Assembly: GCA_037379345.1 (NCBI GenBank) | Contig: CM074521.1 | Coordinates: 18,686,704-18,750,703 of the forward strand | Direction: 5' to 3' | Origin: Perna viridis | Lineage: Eukaryota | Length of the DNA stretch: 64,000 nt | Shown: one piece after another, positions 13,096 through 27,918 of the stretch | Layout of the letters: each line of letters opens with the position of its first letter | Numbering within the stretch: the stretch's first letter is position 1 | Position numbers and translations under genes: made by a program | The notes under the pieces: generated by a model | Database searches by the model: none | The model's input: only the letters and a program-made list of their open reading frames with translations | What the model was told of the DNA's origin: nothing

Positions 13096-14501
13096 TTCAA
13101 ATATTAATTCGAGTTTTGGATACAAAAAAGTAGAGTTCTTGTATTTTATTTTCTTTAACATTACACGTAGGATGTCAGCTGGCATTCAAAAGATAATGAT
13201 TCGATGAGGGTTGAGGTATTATGGAAAAAAAATTTAGATTGAGGCGCACCTGACAGTTTTTTAACTGAACATAATTGCACCTTTTGACCAATTAAAAAAC
13301 TGTATTTTATTTTACTTTATCTCTCATACAACTGTTTACTCTGTTTCATATAGTTCTTGGTTTTGTGATTTTCCATATGATTTCATGTATTCTCATAGCC
13401 AAATGTGCAAATGATGATAATCGTGCGGTGCTTAATTTATCATGTAATAAATTATGATTATGTACACATAGTAGTCTAACGATTATCACAAGAATTTCTC
13501 AGATTGTAATTTTAGCTTGGAAACATCTGATACTTTTTTGGGGTAACATTGGTCGTCAGACTTGTTAAGGACTTTATGCACAGTATAGGTATCTTATTTT
13601 ATAATGCAGTGTTGACATTTTTGACATTTATGACTTTCGTGATCAGTTTACCATCTGAACTCATTGAACGAATTCTTACCAAAAAAAAAAGTATATAGTA
13701 TATAGCTATTCAGTTGTGTTCATATGTACTTGCGCTATTAAATATCATTCGGTATTACAAATTGCATTGTATGCCAACACCTCATCTATTTGTAATGCTT
13801 TTTTTTTGGTTTCCTTGCACATCTTTACTGTTTTATCTCACTGCGTACTAGCCTTTGGTATACAAAAGATACAGGAATGAATATTCATATTTAAAGCACT
13901 GCCAGTACATTGTCCGTGTCCTTCAGTAGGAAAGATGGCCAACCTCGAGTAGTGCCAAAAACATACTGAACCTAGAATTATGCATTGTAAATGCATAATT
14001 TGTTTGTGTTTTGATCAAAACATGTTAAAATAAAGCTGAGAATGTGTACTTAAAATCATAATTGTAATTTACTACAAAAGTGTATCAATATTGTTTACAT
14101 GTATGAGTACTTTGCCTCCATACTGTCAGTTAGCAGAAATGGTAAAAATGTGGATTTTCAGTATTATTTATTCAAGTAAATTTTGTGAAGAATTTCTATG
14201 ATCATCGTACCATTAGCATAATGATTTTGAAAGCCTTATTTTCCAAGCTTCGCAATGGTATGTAACTTTAAGATGACATTTGTCTTAGGAATTCAGAATG
14301 AAACTTTGAAAATCATTTTGTTAACATGTAAAGTAATAAAAACGTTAGAAGTGGTTAGTGGTACCTCTATCATTTTATTTTAATTTCAAACTAGCTTTTC
14401 TGCATCCGTTGATGCGTAGAAGACGAACGAATTACCAATTCGTATTCATAGGACCATAGTCCATATTGTCAAATTTGTGTGCTTTTTCAAAGATTGATTC
14501 A

Positions 14502-14760
14502 TTTTAGCCCACCTGGCCATAGGCCATGTGAGCTATTGTCATCACGTTTCGTCCGTCGTCGTTGTCGTTAACAATTTTTGAAACATCTTCTCTAAAACTA
14601 CAGAATGGATATGGATGAAACGAAAAATTATTTTTTTCTGGGAGTATCCTGCACAACACGACTGTTTGGATTTTTGATCTGTTAAAAACATGGCCCCCGT
14701 TACTAAAAAAAGAACATAGGAATAAGACTGCAGTTATTTGCATATATCTCCAAAACCGTT
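14502..14760 (+). mobile_element. Helentron-associated (HINE/DINE-like) element, 5' part
   Basis: ttttagcccacctggccataggccatgtgagct (subterminal IR plus palindrome), then a cgtccgtcgtc microsatellite; typical of bivalve HINEs. Confidence 0.65.
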
Positions 14761-16889
14761 AGGTTAACCCAAATTCTCTTAATTCAAAGGTTAATAATCG
14801 CGGGTACTAATTTTCGCGTTCTTGAAGCAACCGCGAAAATAGCGAAAATTAATACTTTTGCGGTATAATGTCCATGATTTCACAATTAATGTTAGTTATC
14901 AATTTTGTCTTATTCAAACGCATATACAAGTTAATGTTGTCTTTCAGTTTTACAAAGTGTAAAGGTCAACTTATATTTGGCAATACTTTGGAAAATTCCG
15001 TCTGAATAACTTTGTCAGTTTAATTCTACAGTAAATTTACGAGCTATGAAGCATGCAATTACATTAATATAATATCGGCATTTTTTTAAACATTGTTTGA
15101 ATTCGTTGTAGTTGTTAAATGTATATATATGTAATGAAGAAAATCGTATGTAGTCTCAGTTAAATTTAAATATTCCAACCTCCATCCGAGGTTTGAGATT
15201 CATTCAATTACTACATGACCATTCAATTGAGAATGCTTTGCTTGCCGCCATTTCGATGTATTTATTATGATAATAGAACTATTAAAGGTTTCATTGTGAC
15301 GTAACAAACGTCGTGTGTTTCATTTTATCCACACTTGAGAGAAGGAATTTCTCATGACTAAAAATAGAAAATTTCTTATCACTCTATTGAAAAAAAAGAA
15401 ATCCTCTTACGCAGCTTTGTATAGATAAAGCCTAGTCACAACATTGAGACATTACAGATATGATCAAGTTCATATTGGCTTTATTATTGAAAAAGGGTAA
15501 TAATGAAAATGCAGAACTAATAAACTCTAAGCAGTATTTGAATGGTAAAGTGAAAAAGGAATGTCCCTACAGCATATGATAAAATCAAGACAAGGACGAG
15601 AAGGTTAATGACAATGATCCTAACTTGGTTCCATCGATTTCTGATGAAAATAGTGGGTTAAATCAGGTTTATAGCTCGTTCTTTCGAACTCATGGTGGAT
15701 GATTGTAAATAGGCCATGACCCTAATTGTGAAGGTAAAAGGTAGATTACACTCTTCTGTTTGATTTGTGTGTTTTTTGTTTTTTGTTTTTTTGTTTTTTT
15801 TTTTTTTCATGCAGTGTTAGATAATATACTTCACGAAAACGATATAGAGTCCTGAAACTGTACAAAATGGTGAATCGTTTATCCCGCTTGTTTAATTATA
15901 TATTAAGTGACTTGTTTATTTTAATGTGTTCTTTGTGTATATTTGAAGATAAATGTTAATTTAATCAAAATGAATTTCAAAACATCTTTAACATAATGTG
16001 ATTATTAGTACATTGATAAATAAAACATAACACTAGGAAAAGAGAATAAATTGTAACTAGGAACAAAGGCCTGTTATTTGTAACGTGACGAAATAGAATG
16101 ATGAAACGTGATCCCCGAATAAAAAATGACTTAATATGAAGCGAATTAACTATTATGTTGAACCAGATGTATCTCATAATGTGGCCATTCAAATCGCTCT
16201 ATTCCTTTATATACATCTCACTTCCTACTGTTAAACCACAGCCTTTACCGATTGTCACCAGGAACCGGTGTGGAAGCGTGAAGTTAGGCACGCTAATGAA
16301 TCTGGTTGTACGACTAGTTGAATTTGAAAGTAAAATGATTTTCCAAAATAAAACAAAAATGGCACCAATTGTGGCCATATTTCATTTCGGTACATTAAAC
16401 GTCGTTAAATTAAGACTTATTTCCTCTGTAATCCTATTAATTAAGTAATCTACAAAAAAAAACAGTTTATATAAATCTATGTCATTTATAATATGTAAAA
16501 TGTAACGAAATTTAAAATTATGCAGTCATTGTAACTATTGTTTCTAACATTAAGAAGTATAGTGTACCTGGCGGAGACCTGTTTATGGGAAAATATCATA
16601 CAATTTCTTCACCTGTACAATTTGTATGTATAAGTGTTCTATTTCTTACAATAATAATTACAGCACCTGGTCCATTCTCCCAATTTTAACATTTTGAATA
16701 ATGTATATTATAGCCAAACCTGTCCAAACCAACAAAATTTTAGACTTTAAAGTTGGTTCGGCTAAAAGAGGTGTTTGATAATTAAGATTAACATTTATAT
16801 ATTTTAAAGGACTTTAATAGTATCTGGTTCAGACATGTTTTCAGATTATTCAGGGTCCCGTTTAGATAGATTTCCCATGGTCATGTAGT

Positions 16890-16990
16890 AGAGTAATCAA
16901 GGGAACCAAGGTTTAAGCGGTAATCAAAAGAATGTAATCCAGGGACAAAGACCAGACATGGAAAACAGACATACACAACAAAGAACATAA
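16890..16990 (-). mobile_element. Penelope-like 3' terminal fragment
   Basis: Same terminus; near-identical to 12995-13095. Confidence 0.8.
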
Positions 16991-17244
16991 TAATTTAGTA
17001 ATCATGAATGTAATTTAGTATTTCGCTGTAAATTCTTAAAATTCTTAGTGCTGCATCTTTGCAACTCAATGGATAGTACGCAACAATTTTTTTAATTTGT
17101 TTAAAGCAACTATCAGATAAATAAAAAAGATAAAGCACATGCATTTATGTACATAGTTTGGATTGATTTCTTAGGTTCCAGCCTTTAACTAACTAATAAC
17201 CAATTAGAAAATTACACAAATTAAAAGTGGAACAAGGTACTATT

Positions 17245-17460
17245 ATAAAATAGTGTAACAAACATTAAAGGTTGCCCTGCACCCATTATTGACAAATATG
17301 TGGTTCCGTTTCCATCCATAATACTTTCTGTCAACATCGAAATCACAGAAGTATCTTTGTTGTTTTATTATCATGGAAACGATCCGTCCTATCCCGATTC
17401 CATCTACATAACATTCCTCGTACCTCCAGCCCCAACTATCACATGAGATTGGTTTACAAC
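17245..17460 (-). CDS. Terminal exon encoding an ADEL-like/DUF3011-type lectin domain (CKPISCDSWGWRYEEC...YYGWKRNHIFVNNGCRATFNVCYTIL*)
   Basis: Acceptor tatctag, phase-1 entry, ends in TAA. The SW-x2-Y...C...YG...VxxGCRAxFxVCY motif matches molluscan ADEL egg-lectin repeats. Not in the ORF track. Confidence 0.75.
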
Positions 17461-20400
17461 CTAGATAATATGAAAAGATTTTTTTTTAAATATATGCAAA
17501 TCTTTTAGAGTTCAAATTGCAATCATTTGATATTTAAAATTCATGACGGAATATCAAAGGTATTCCTGAATTATTTTGTTATTTGCTAACATGAAATTGA
17601 AGCCTTTATGTAAAACAAATGAATTGTCTGAAAATTATTTTTATTTGTATTTTGGCTACAACATTTATTTTAGGATTCTAAAATTCAAAAGAAAAGTAAC
17701 GCGCATAATTGAAAACTAAAGAAAAGATAGTTCATGTGATTATGATAATTTTATAAAGCTATAAGTTGTCTACTTGGAGAGAAAAAAGCTATATAAACAC
17801 ATAATCTTCGTAACCTTTTGCAAATCAGTAATGCCAACGGATAAACACATACAAACACTATTATAATTTTCACCAACTTATGGGGGTGCTGAATATTTCG
17901 GACATTTGTTTATTATCAACTTGCTTTGCAATGTTCTGTATCGTTTTCATGCAATTCATTACCTTGAAAGACTTATATTGGTCTATCAATAAGACGAATA
18001 AATCATAGATATACCGTAACCTTGTGCTGACGTAAGGGGCTTAGAATAAGTTATATATCAGAAGCGTCACTCGCTGTTTTAGTTGAATTCGTAACCGAAT
18101 ATTATTCTTATTTCTCTATGATTTTGTAGTTTTATCTACTCGGAATTAAACAATCATTGTCATGACGGATGCCGAATCAAATATTCCGAAGGAATCATAG
18201 AAAAACATAACAAACCATGAAACTTGGTTTTTGCAAAATATCAACTCAAGTTATCTAATTTCAACTTAATAACAAACGGAAATTAAATAAAGCGAAATTA
18301 ATAGATATTTTGCGATATTAACTATTTCTTTTTTACTCGTTTTAAAACTTTTATCTTTGTATTGTAACAATTTTCATTAAATTACAAGATGTGTCAAATT
18401 AAAATTATTTCAACTATGTAATGATATTTTATATATATCTTGTATTTCTTCGGGGCATACTAAGATGCCCAAATAATAGGTGTTGGTTAGATTGATTTGG
18501 CAATTTTGTCGGTCTTTTTCAGGAATATCAGCAAAACAATCGAAGCATCAAACACAAACAATGAAATACAATCCAAGTACACGGCTTAAAAGGTGAAATT
18601 AAAAAAAAAAGATTTCTTCTTAGACAAATGCATAGGATTTGCTTTTCTTCAATCACGTGTCTGTTGAATTAAGCTGATTTATTTTTATTTTTAATGTTGA
18701 CATAATTGTTTTGACTAATGTATAAGCTTTATCATGGCATGGTTTTGTGTTTTTCGTAATTTCTACATGCTTTTCAAGTACATTTGCTAACACGAAAATA
18801 CAAGATATGCTTTTAAAACTACTCGTTATGAAATATTTTATCATTAATATTCATTGATCGTTTCTGATTTTTGAAATATTATATTACAAAACTTAAATTC
18901 CTAGAGTGAGTTGTATTATCAATACAACATTAATATTGTTCACTTTATATTGTCATACATACCATTTGGTTTTAGGCTATAACCCATTAGCTCTGTTATA
19001 AAAAATATTAACTTTTAATGAGATATGAAATTAATTTTCATTTTAAAACATACTTGCCTACTGCTACATGTATTATATGTACTTATACATGTAGCAGGTA
19101 GGCAAATATATAATGGATAAGCAATGAATAACTATTGATAGGTAGTTAGATAAATATATACCATTCACCAGCTGCAAACTATGATGCATTCCTGCAATCA
19201 ATTCTGTTTCGTTACGTTTGCACTGCGTTTTTTATTGCAATAATTTGACAATGCTAGCTTAATTGACCGATATTTAGTGTCAATATCCAGTTTGATCAGC
19301 AACCTCTAGTTCTCCCCGGACTAGACACGTAGCAAGTTGTATGAGGAGATTATTTAATGATCACAATATGATTGAAGTTATTTCTTCAAAGACCGAAAAC
19401 ATAGTCATTCCTTAGATAACAAATGAACATCAAAGTGTAGTAAAAACCTTTGTTGATCTTTTATGATAGAACAAGATAAGAAATGAATAAATCCGGAGGA
19501 GTCCAAAAATCTGACAAAATACATGTATATGAACATGACCGATGAACATCCTTAACACATTTGAAGATTACTTCGACTGTTATCCCTTTTTTTTGTGGTA
19601 TTCTAATATTAGAGTGATGTTTTAATATCGTTGACTTGATATATCTTTATTTGAATTTTTATCAATTTCGTGATTCTATATATAAGTACAAACCTAACGC
19701 TAGGCACTTAAAACCTCCATATGAATTCGATATACACAGATCGAGGTCAGTGCAGTGTTTTCCTTGGCATTGTTCTGCAAGATGCTACAATAGAGATTTT
19801 GATCAACTGTAAACTTGTTTGTCGTGTAACGAACCTTTCTGTCACACACAAAGACCAAGGGCAAGGTAATATGCAATTACCGGTTTCATTCATATCAGTA
19901 GTACACATCGAAGACATTTCGAGGTCATTTTAATTTAAAATGTATAAATGTAATGTTTGAAAGCAATGATTCTTTCGAAACATTTTGAAAGACTTTGTAA
20001 GAGTCATTCTCTGTAAGCATCAAATTAGGTTGAAATACGGAGTATCAGAAATCAACAATTCTCTAGTTATTTAAAGTATACTGGAAAATATAATGAAAAT
20101 TTGCCTATTTCATTTTGATGTTATAGAAACAATACATGTTAAAAAATCGTAAAAAAAAATCATTTTTTATTTATTTGTGAAAGTTTCATTCAAAATAAGT
20201 CTAAAAGACTAAATCAGAAAACTTAAACAATAAACTTTAAATATGTTTTGAAAACAATGTTAAATTCGTCGTCTAGTTGCAACTGTCTGAACCCTTTTAC
20301 TATGTATAACAACACATTTTTCAAAGTTATAATTCTTAAATCTCTATCAATAGAATCTTGCCCAAGTTTTGTATTTCTTTATTTTATATGAATATTAAAC

Positions 20401-21589
20401 AATGAAATATAAACAATTTTAAATGGTAATATATTTTTTTTCATTTTTAGTATTTATCAATGTGGCGTTGTCAGGTAAATGACATTTTGAAAATCTGGCA
20501 ATTGATTGCAATTTGTTACCAATAAAAAAATATTCGATATACATGTAATAACCAATAATTTAATTTCAGAAGTAACACGGTTTCTGATTGAATAGAAAAT
20601 TCCGTCAATCATTTCATAGACCAAATTTTGTAATGACAGTGACGTCTTCAAACTTTTTTAATGATATGATCAGGAATTACTGTTAAATGTTTTCGGTCTT
20701 TTTAAAATAACCTTATGACCGTGGTGCACCATGCGATTGAGGTTATTTCTTCATAGACCGAAAAAATATAATAAGCTTTCCTTTTATAACGAAATATTTT
20801 GATTTCTTAAAAAAAAAGTATGCACCGGTACCCTTTTCAGTTGCCTGTATTTTAGAAAGCCAACAAAAAATCTCACATTCAAATCAACGAAATTAAAACC
20901 AACAATTTCACAGACAATCCAATTTTATCTCAAAAGCGCAACAACCAAATGACAAATTATGACCAATATGTAGTATGTGCGTCTGAAGCAATAGTGAAAG
21001 TTAATTTGGAGGGTTTTGATATACAATGCATGAATCACATTGTGTCTGGTTAAAAAAAGATTGCTACCTAACTTTAAAAAAAATCAAATTAAGTTACAAA
21101 TAAGTTAAAATTGCTTAAACGTCTGTCTTGTACTTAGTATATTTAACTATAGCCTTCATAATTAAGTACTACTACATGCCAAAAACGTGGTATCAAGAAT
21201 GTTAGTTAAATCTACACAAAACAAGTAATCGAATGAATATTTTTATTGCCAACTAAATGGCTAATGACCCAGTTAGTTATTGTTACTTTGAATTCGGATG
21301 AATATTCTAGTTAGATGTGGACAAAATTTTTCCCTGTCTAATCAAAAACTGAATCAGATACTTCTCTATTTTTAAGAATAAGATATAAAAATAGAAGTTT
21401 ATTTTGCAACATTACAGTACAAACTAAATATTCGTTTGACAGTCAAGGTCAGGTAGGTTCCCATTTTAAAGATATCTCGATTGCCTGTTCAGTTGATATA
21501 CAGCACTTATTCCATTTGTCGGGGCATAACTAGATAAAATGATCGCCACAAATTACAGAAAGACGAAAAGCACACAAAAATGTACAAAC

Positions 21590-21889
21590 CTTTGGTATTT
21601 TGTCAGCATCCAAATAGACAAAACCTGTTAAAGTTGTAAGATATGTTGTCGACCCGTCCGCTCGTTTGTTGTTAATATGACAAATTTTATCCCTAGCATA
21701 AAAATTGATAGATTTGCAACTTTTGCTTAGAGCACAAAGTTGTAAGCAATGGTATATTCTATCAAAAGTTTGCTGAATCCCAACATAACCTACTAAGATA
21801 GAATTGTCTTTCCAAGAGAGATGTTCTATCTTTGATTCAGAACTTTGGAATACAAGAATAACTAGAGCCAAAGTTGCTGTGACTATCAT
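21590..21889 (-). CDS. Exon 1 of a secreted protein: signal peptide plus PAN/apple domain
   Basis: MIVTATLALVILVFQSSES signal-like peptide, then C-x3-C-x5-CKSINF-x6-C-x-IN...GFVY PAN pattern; donor AAG|GTTTGT. Confidence 0.85.
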
Positions 21890-22606
21890 ATTCAACAATC
21901 AATCCAGATGATTTCTATTTTTCCAGATAGAAAATTGTACTTTAGTTCTTATTTTATCAACATCTATTTATAATTATTGATAAAGAAACTGCGTCATCAT
22001 ATAATACTTTGTTCAAAATTATTGGTCAAGACCATAATTAGTCCATTGTTTGAATTGTATATCCTGTAGCGGATTAATCGAATAAGTTAAAACCCCTTCA
22101 AATATTAATTTTTTTTTTTAAATATACCAATTTGTGGCACAGTATATGTTTAATCAAAAACAATTCAATACTGTTTCACTTTAAACAAAAAATATTCATT
22201 TACTTCATAAACGTTTTTGCTATGTTTACTGCAGTATAGTAAGACTTAAAAAGTAAATTAAATTTTCAACTTCAAGTTAGGCGCAAATTTACCACATAAT
22301 GAGGCAAAATATTGACAAACAGGAAATCATTGTTAATCCCACGTGAAAATGTCTTATATTATACATAACCATGATACTTCACCTATACTGACGATAATGA
22401 TACTATTCGCGTGAGATTTGGACGTTTTTCAGTGTAGTCCTTTCTGTATATACACAGTATGTTTACAGTTCAATTTTGTCAGATGTTAGTCAGACTGTCA
22501 GTCTAGTCAAGTCAATCAAGTTCACGAACCATTTTTTAATTTTTTGTTTTGTTTTGTTTTTGTTTTTTTTATTTATTTATTTAACCGAAAGATCCAAATT
22601 TCTGTA

Positions 22607-22786
22607 AGAGTAATCAAGGGAACCAAGATTATAGCGGAAATCAAAAGAACATAGTCTAGAGACAAAGACAAGACATGGAAAACACACACACACACACAAC
22701 AAAGAACATTAAATAATCAAAATAATACATACAAAGTAACAAAAGTAAATGAGCAACTCGGACTCAACTAAAAACAGGGAGCATAG
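22607..22786 (-). mobile_element. Penelope-like 3' terminal fragment
   Basis: Same terminus. Confidence 0.8.
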
Positions 22787-25007
22787 ACCGTACCTATTCC
22801 AGTTCACCAAAACAGCAAACTAATGTGTATCATCAAGTAGACACTCTACAATTCATTTATAGAAAAAAAACACATATTAACCCACAACAGTTTTAAAGTC
22901 ACATGTGCTTTTCTTAAGTCTAACGGGGTGGATTTGAGATTTCCGGTTAGGAGCATATATGGACATTAGGTCCTTGCGAAACGAAAAAAACACAATCCGA
23001 TGAAGGGGAGTTTATATCTATCACATGAAAACACTACCTATGCAACTCCGCCTATGCAACAAGCTTATATTACAGGTTGTATTCACGTAAACAACATCAG
23101 TCAGAAAACCCGATTTACAGAAAATATGGATAACCGACACTATATTGGTGTGTTTAGCTTTAACCAATTAGAGTCTTCTTTCCAAAAGGTAACCGCGTCA
23201 AAATGGTCCTTTTAATCCTAATCAACTGCATTAGCAAGGACGACCTGTCGATCAGTCTCAAATAAACAACCATACAATGCTATCAAAAGTATTATTTATT
23301 GGCTAAAGTAACCAATCGGTGCAGCCTGTTCAAAACTATTAATTTTATACAAAATACAAAATGCTGACCCCATAGTAAATACCATGAATTATTAAACTGA
23401 TCAGTCGACATACCTACGTATCAGTTACTGAGTCCTGGATTGACAAATAAAAGGTAGATGATTAAGATAAAATTAAGATAACATGGGTATCCGGCTATAA
23501 AAACTCTTCATTCAATTATTTAAAAGCCATTCCGAGTCCGTCCAGGGGGAAGTATCCAGCTCTTGATCAAAGCCATAAGAAATAACATTTGTATTGGCAA
23601 AAAAACAAAAACGCAAACTTGAGTGGTATTAACAATATTATTGTTATCTCTAATAAAAAAATGCACAATGGATTGATAAAAATGTCGAATGGCTCTTCTT
23701 TGGGACATGCTCAGAAATTTGATCCTTTTTTTTATAAAAACAGAAAAATGGATATGATAGCAAAAATGGTTTATTTTCTTTGTCTGACAGACTAACTACA
23801 TTGCCAGAAAAAGTTTGAGTAAAGTAGAGATTTTTATCAAATGAAAATACAACAAAGCCAGAAGTACATGTAGCAAGTCTTGTACTTTGCCACACGTCGA
23901 GAAATTAACTTACCAGACAAACCTATTTGTAATACAAGATTTGTAATTTTTGTTTTATTATTTAATGAGATCAACAAAAAAATTCAGGACATTTTATCAT
24001 TTTCTGATAAGTTGATGAACATGCGCAAATAGCAAACAAGTAGATTGCTAAAAATCATAAATAGCAAATAACTTGTATTCAAAAATTAGATCCTCACCAC
24101 AGAAAGAATTTCAAATGTAGCGTCTGAATGTCTACCTTCAAGCGAGAATTATTAAGGTCGGGCAGGATAAATTACCTTGAAATGTATTAACACACACAAA
24201 CACAGACACACAGAGAGACACTCATTAATTTAAATTAAATATTGTCAGGTTACCCAAAACATCAACATCACCTCTCGGTGCAAGTTAAGCTTTCCGTTGA
24301 GACATAATTATTTCCAAGAGGTCTATTGTTATAAGTTCGTATAGAGCATCATTTTCAATCAAATGATATATAAATGTAATCACTGAGAAGCAAGTACTTA
24401 TTCGTCTCAACGTTAGCCTCCAGTTTAGATTTTTTTTTGGGAAGTTCTGGTCCAAGGGATAAGGCATTATTGTAAGTCCTTTGAATACATAAAACACATA
24501 CTTCAGACTTCATAATACTTTGCAACAAACTGCAAAGTACCCAGTGCCCAAATGTATCTTCACACCACTAATTTGGAATTTGAGGTCCTTAAGTACAATT
24601 TTGAACATGTTAATTCCCAAATTCAGAAATAAATTAAGTTACGAAAACCAGATATTTACAAAACAAAATTAGCTATTTGGCAAACAACAACAGAATTAAA
24701 GCGGTGATAAGTATTTTGTTATTAAACAAACTAGATATGATTAAATATTTGAATAAGAATAGTTTGATGTGAATCAATGGTAGAAATATTATTTATGTTT
24801 ATGTGCTGGTCAATAGAAAATTTGATATTGAAGTAATTAATCGCCGGTCTGACAACTTTGAATTCGTTGCAGTATGGTCAATTTAGCTCAATTTTAAATT
24901 GTGAGTTTTCTAGCTGCAACAAGTCCAACAATGTGTCAAAACGAAGTTTCTTGTTTGTCGTAATCTTAAAAAAGCTATCGTCCATTTCTGACGACCAAAT
25001 TCAGAGA

Positions 25008-25083
25008 AGAGTAATCATGGGAACCAAGGTTATAGCGGTAATCAAAAGAATATAATCCAGGGACAAAGACCAGACATGGAAAA
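25008..25083 (-). mobile_element. Penelope-like 3' terminal fragment
   Basis: Same terminus. Confidence 0.75.
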
Positions 25084-26238
25084 TTTATTATAGTATACTA
25101 CCGCTCATTTCTTACAATCATTCTTGTATTTTACGCTCTTTAAACTATTATGATATTCCCATTGCTAACAATTTCAATCAATCGTTCAACATCTTCAAAA
25201 GTTCGACCTATCACAGCAGAAGAAATCAGTCTTAGTGAAGATAAATGACCAATGATTATATTTATTCCTTCATTTATTCCGTGACATCCATGATGCTTAA
25301 CCATGGCAACCTAGCCGATGTAGCTTACAACCTCGCATTTCACTAGACAACTGCGATAACAACCGTGAAATTAAAGACTCAATTGGGGGCATTGGCATAT
25401 TTTCTTTCTATTTTCTATATATTTCATAAATTGAATAATTGGAAATTGTCTACTTGTTGGATCAATAAAATAATTGAAATACGGAACATAGTACAATGAT
25501 CACACATTTCATCAAATAAAATCTTAATCAGATTTGAGTGTATGACAACGCTAGAATATGCGTCGGCTATCTTTTTTTTTCTATGATAGTACTTGTTTAA
25601 TAATGATAAATTTGTTCCGGCCTCATTATTATTGCAATATACATTCAAATTTCATGAAAGATCATAATATAAATTAAGGTTATGTATCAAAATACTTATA
25701 TTGGAAAGGTTTTAGCGCTCGTGAAAAATAAAAGTGACTTGCATGATTCATTTCATTTACCAGTCGATGTCGCAATACAATGTTTCTATGAGTATTTTCT
25801 CGATCAATGTCTGTGATATGCGAGACTTACTGCAATGGCTTATCACATTTAAATGTTTCATTCTTTTAAATACAGGTGTGTAGATTCATATCCTTGTATT
25901 CATATTATTCCCTTAAAAACACTACTGTCTTGTGTTTGTGTTAAAAAAATGAAAAATAACTTCCCTTTTACGTCATTGTTGATTTGTTTTGGTTTTTTCG
26001 TTTTCGTTCTTGTTTTTGTTTTGTTTTGTTTTGTATTCATTTATTTATTTCATCACACTTCAGACGTTTCGGTATTTGTTTGCCGATATTTTGATGTCTA
26101 CTAACAACTCTATCCCATGGGGCATAATTTCGCAATTGATCTGTTACTGTGATTATACAGAGACTTTCTTTTTAAAGCGGGGATACTGTCAAATAAGCTT
26201 CTGAGACATCAGCATGTTGTCTAAAATGATCTTTTCAT

Positions 26239-27918
26239 CATTACTTAAGTGTAATCGTCATCATTACAGCATTACTTTAGTGTCATTGTCATCTTTAGAT
26301 CAATACTTAAGTGTTATTGTAATCATAACAGCATTACTTTAGTGTTACTACCATCATCACAGCATTACTTTAATGTTATTGTAATCATAACTGCATTACT
26401 TTAGTGCTACTGCCATCATCACAGCATTACTTTAGTGTTATTGTAATAATAACAGCATTTCTTTAGTGTTATTGCTATCATTACAGCATTACTTTAGTGT
26501 TATCGCTATCATTACAGCATTACTTTAGGGTTATTGTAATCATAACAACATTTCTTTAGTGTTACTGTCATCATCACAGCATTACTTTAGTGTTATTGTA
26601 ATCATAACAGCATTTCTTTAGTGTTATTGCTATCATTACAGCATTACTTTAGTGTTATTGCTATCATTACAGCATTTCTTTAGTGTTATTGCTATCATTA
26701 CAGCATTTCTTTAGTGTTATTGCTATCATCACAGCATTACTTTAATGTTATTGTAATCATACCAGCATTTTAGTGTTATTGCTATCATTACAGCACTACT
26801 TTATTGTTATTGCTATCATTATAGCATTACTTTAGTGTTATTGCTATCATTACAACATTACTTTAGTGTTATTGCTATCATCACAGCATTACTTTAGTGT
26901 TACAAATGTATTGTAATCATAACAACATTACTTTAGTGTTATTGCTATCATCACAGCATTACTTTAGTGTTGTTGCTATCATCACAGCATTACTTTAGTG
27001 TTATTGTAATCATGACAGCATTACTTTAGTGTTATTGTTATCATTACAACATTACTTTAGTGTTATTGCTATCATTACAGCATTACTTTAGTGTTATTGC
27101 TATCATTACAACATTACTTTAGTGTTATTGTCATCATCACAGCATTACTTTAGTGTTATTGAAATCATAACAGCATTACTTTAGTGTTATTGCTATCATT
27201 ACAACATTACTTTAATGTTATTGCTATCATTACAACATTACTTTAGTGTTATTGTAATCGTAACAGCATTACTTTGGTGTTATTGCTATCATTACAACAT
27301 TACTTTAGTGTTATTGTCATCATTACAGCATTACTTTAGTGTTATTGCTATCATTACAACATTACTTTAGTGTTATTGTCATCATCACAGCATTACTTTA
27401 GTGTTATTGAAATCATAACAGCATTACTTTAGTGTTATTGCTATCATTACAACATTACTTTAGTGTTATTGCTATCATTACAACATTACTTTAGTGTTAT
27501 TGTAATCGTAATAGCATTACTTTAGTGTTATTGCCATCATTACAGCATTACTTTAGTGTTATTGTCATCATTACAGCATTACTTTAGTGTTATTGCTATC
27601 ATTACAGCATTACTTTAGTGTTATTGCTATCATGACAGCATTACTTTAGTGTTTTTTTCATCATAACAGCATTACTTTAGTGTTATTGCTATCATTACAA
27701 CATTACTTTAGTGTTATTGCTATCATTACAACATTACTTTAGTGTTATTGTAATCATAACAACATTACTTTAGTGTTATTGCTATCATTACAGCATTACT
27801 TTAGTGTTATTGCTATCATGACAGCATTACTTTAGTGTTTTTTTTTCATCATTACAGCATTACTTTAGTGTTATTGCTATCAATACAGCATTACTTTAGT
27901 GTTATTGTAATCATCACT
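26239..27918. repeat. 31-bp minisatellite/satellite, about 54 copies (cattactttagtgttattgctatcattacag)
   Basis: Head-to-tail units with a few recurring variants (gctatc/gtaatc/gtcatc); no unique spacers. Confidence 0.97.

Noticed and set aside
19721-19933. Linker exon for the PAN-lectin gene
   Set aside because: No phase 0-to-1 open exon with good splice sites.
26239-27918. CRISPR-like array
   Set aside because: Units are contiguous with no unique spacers, there are no cas genes, and the context is eukaryotic.
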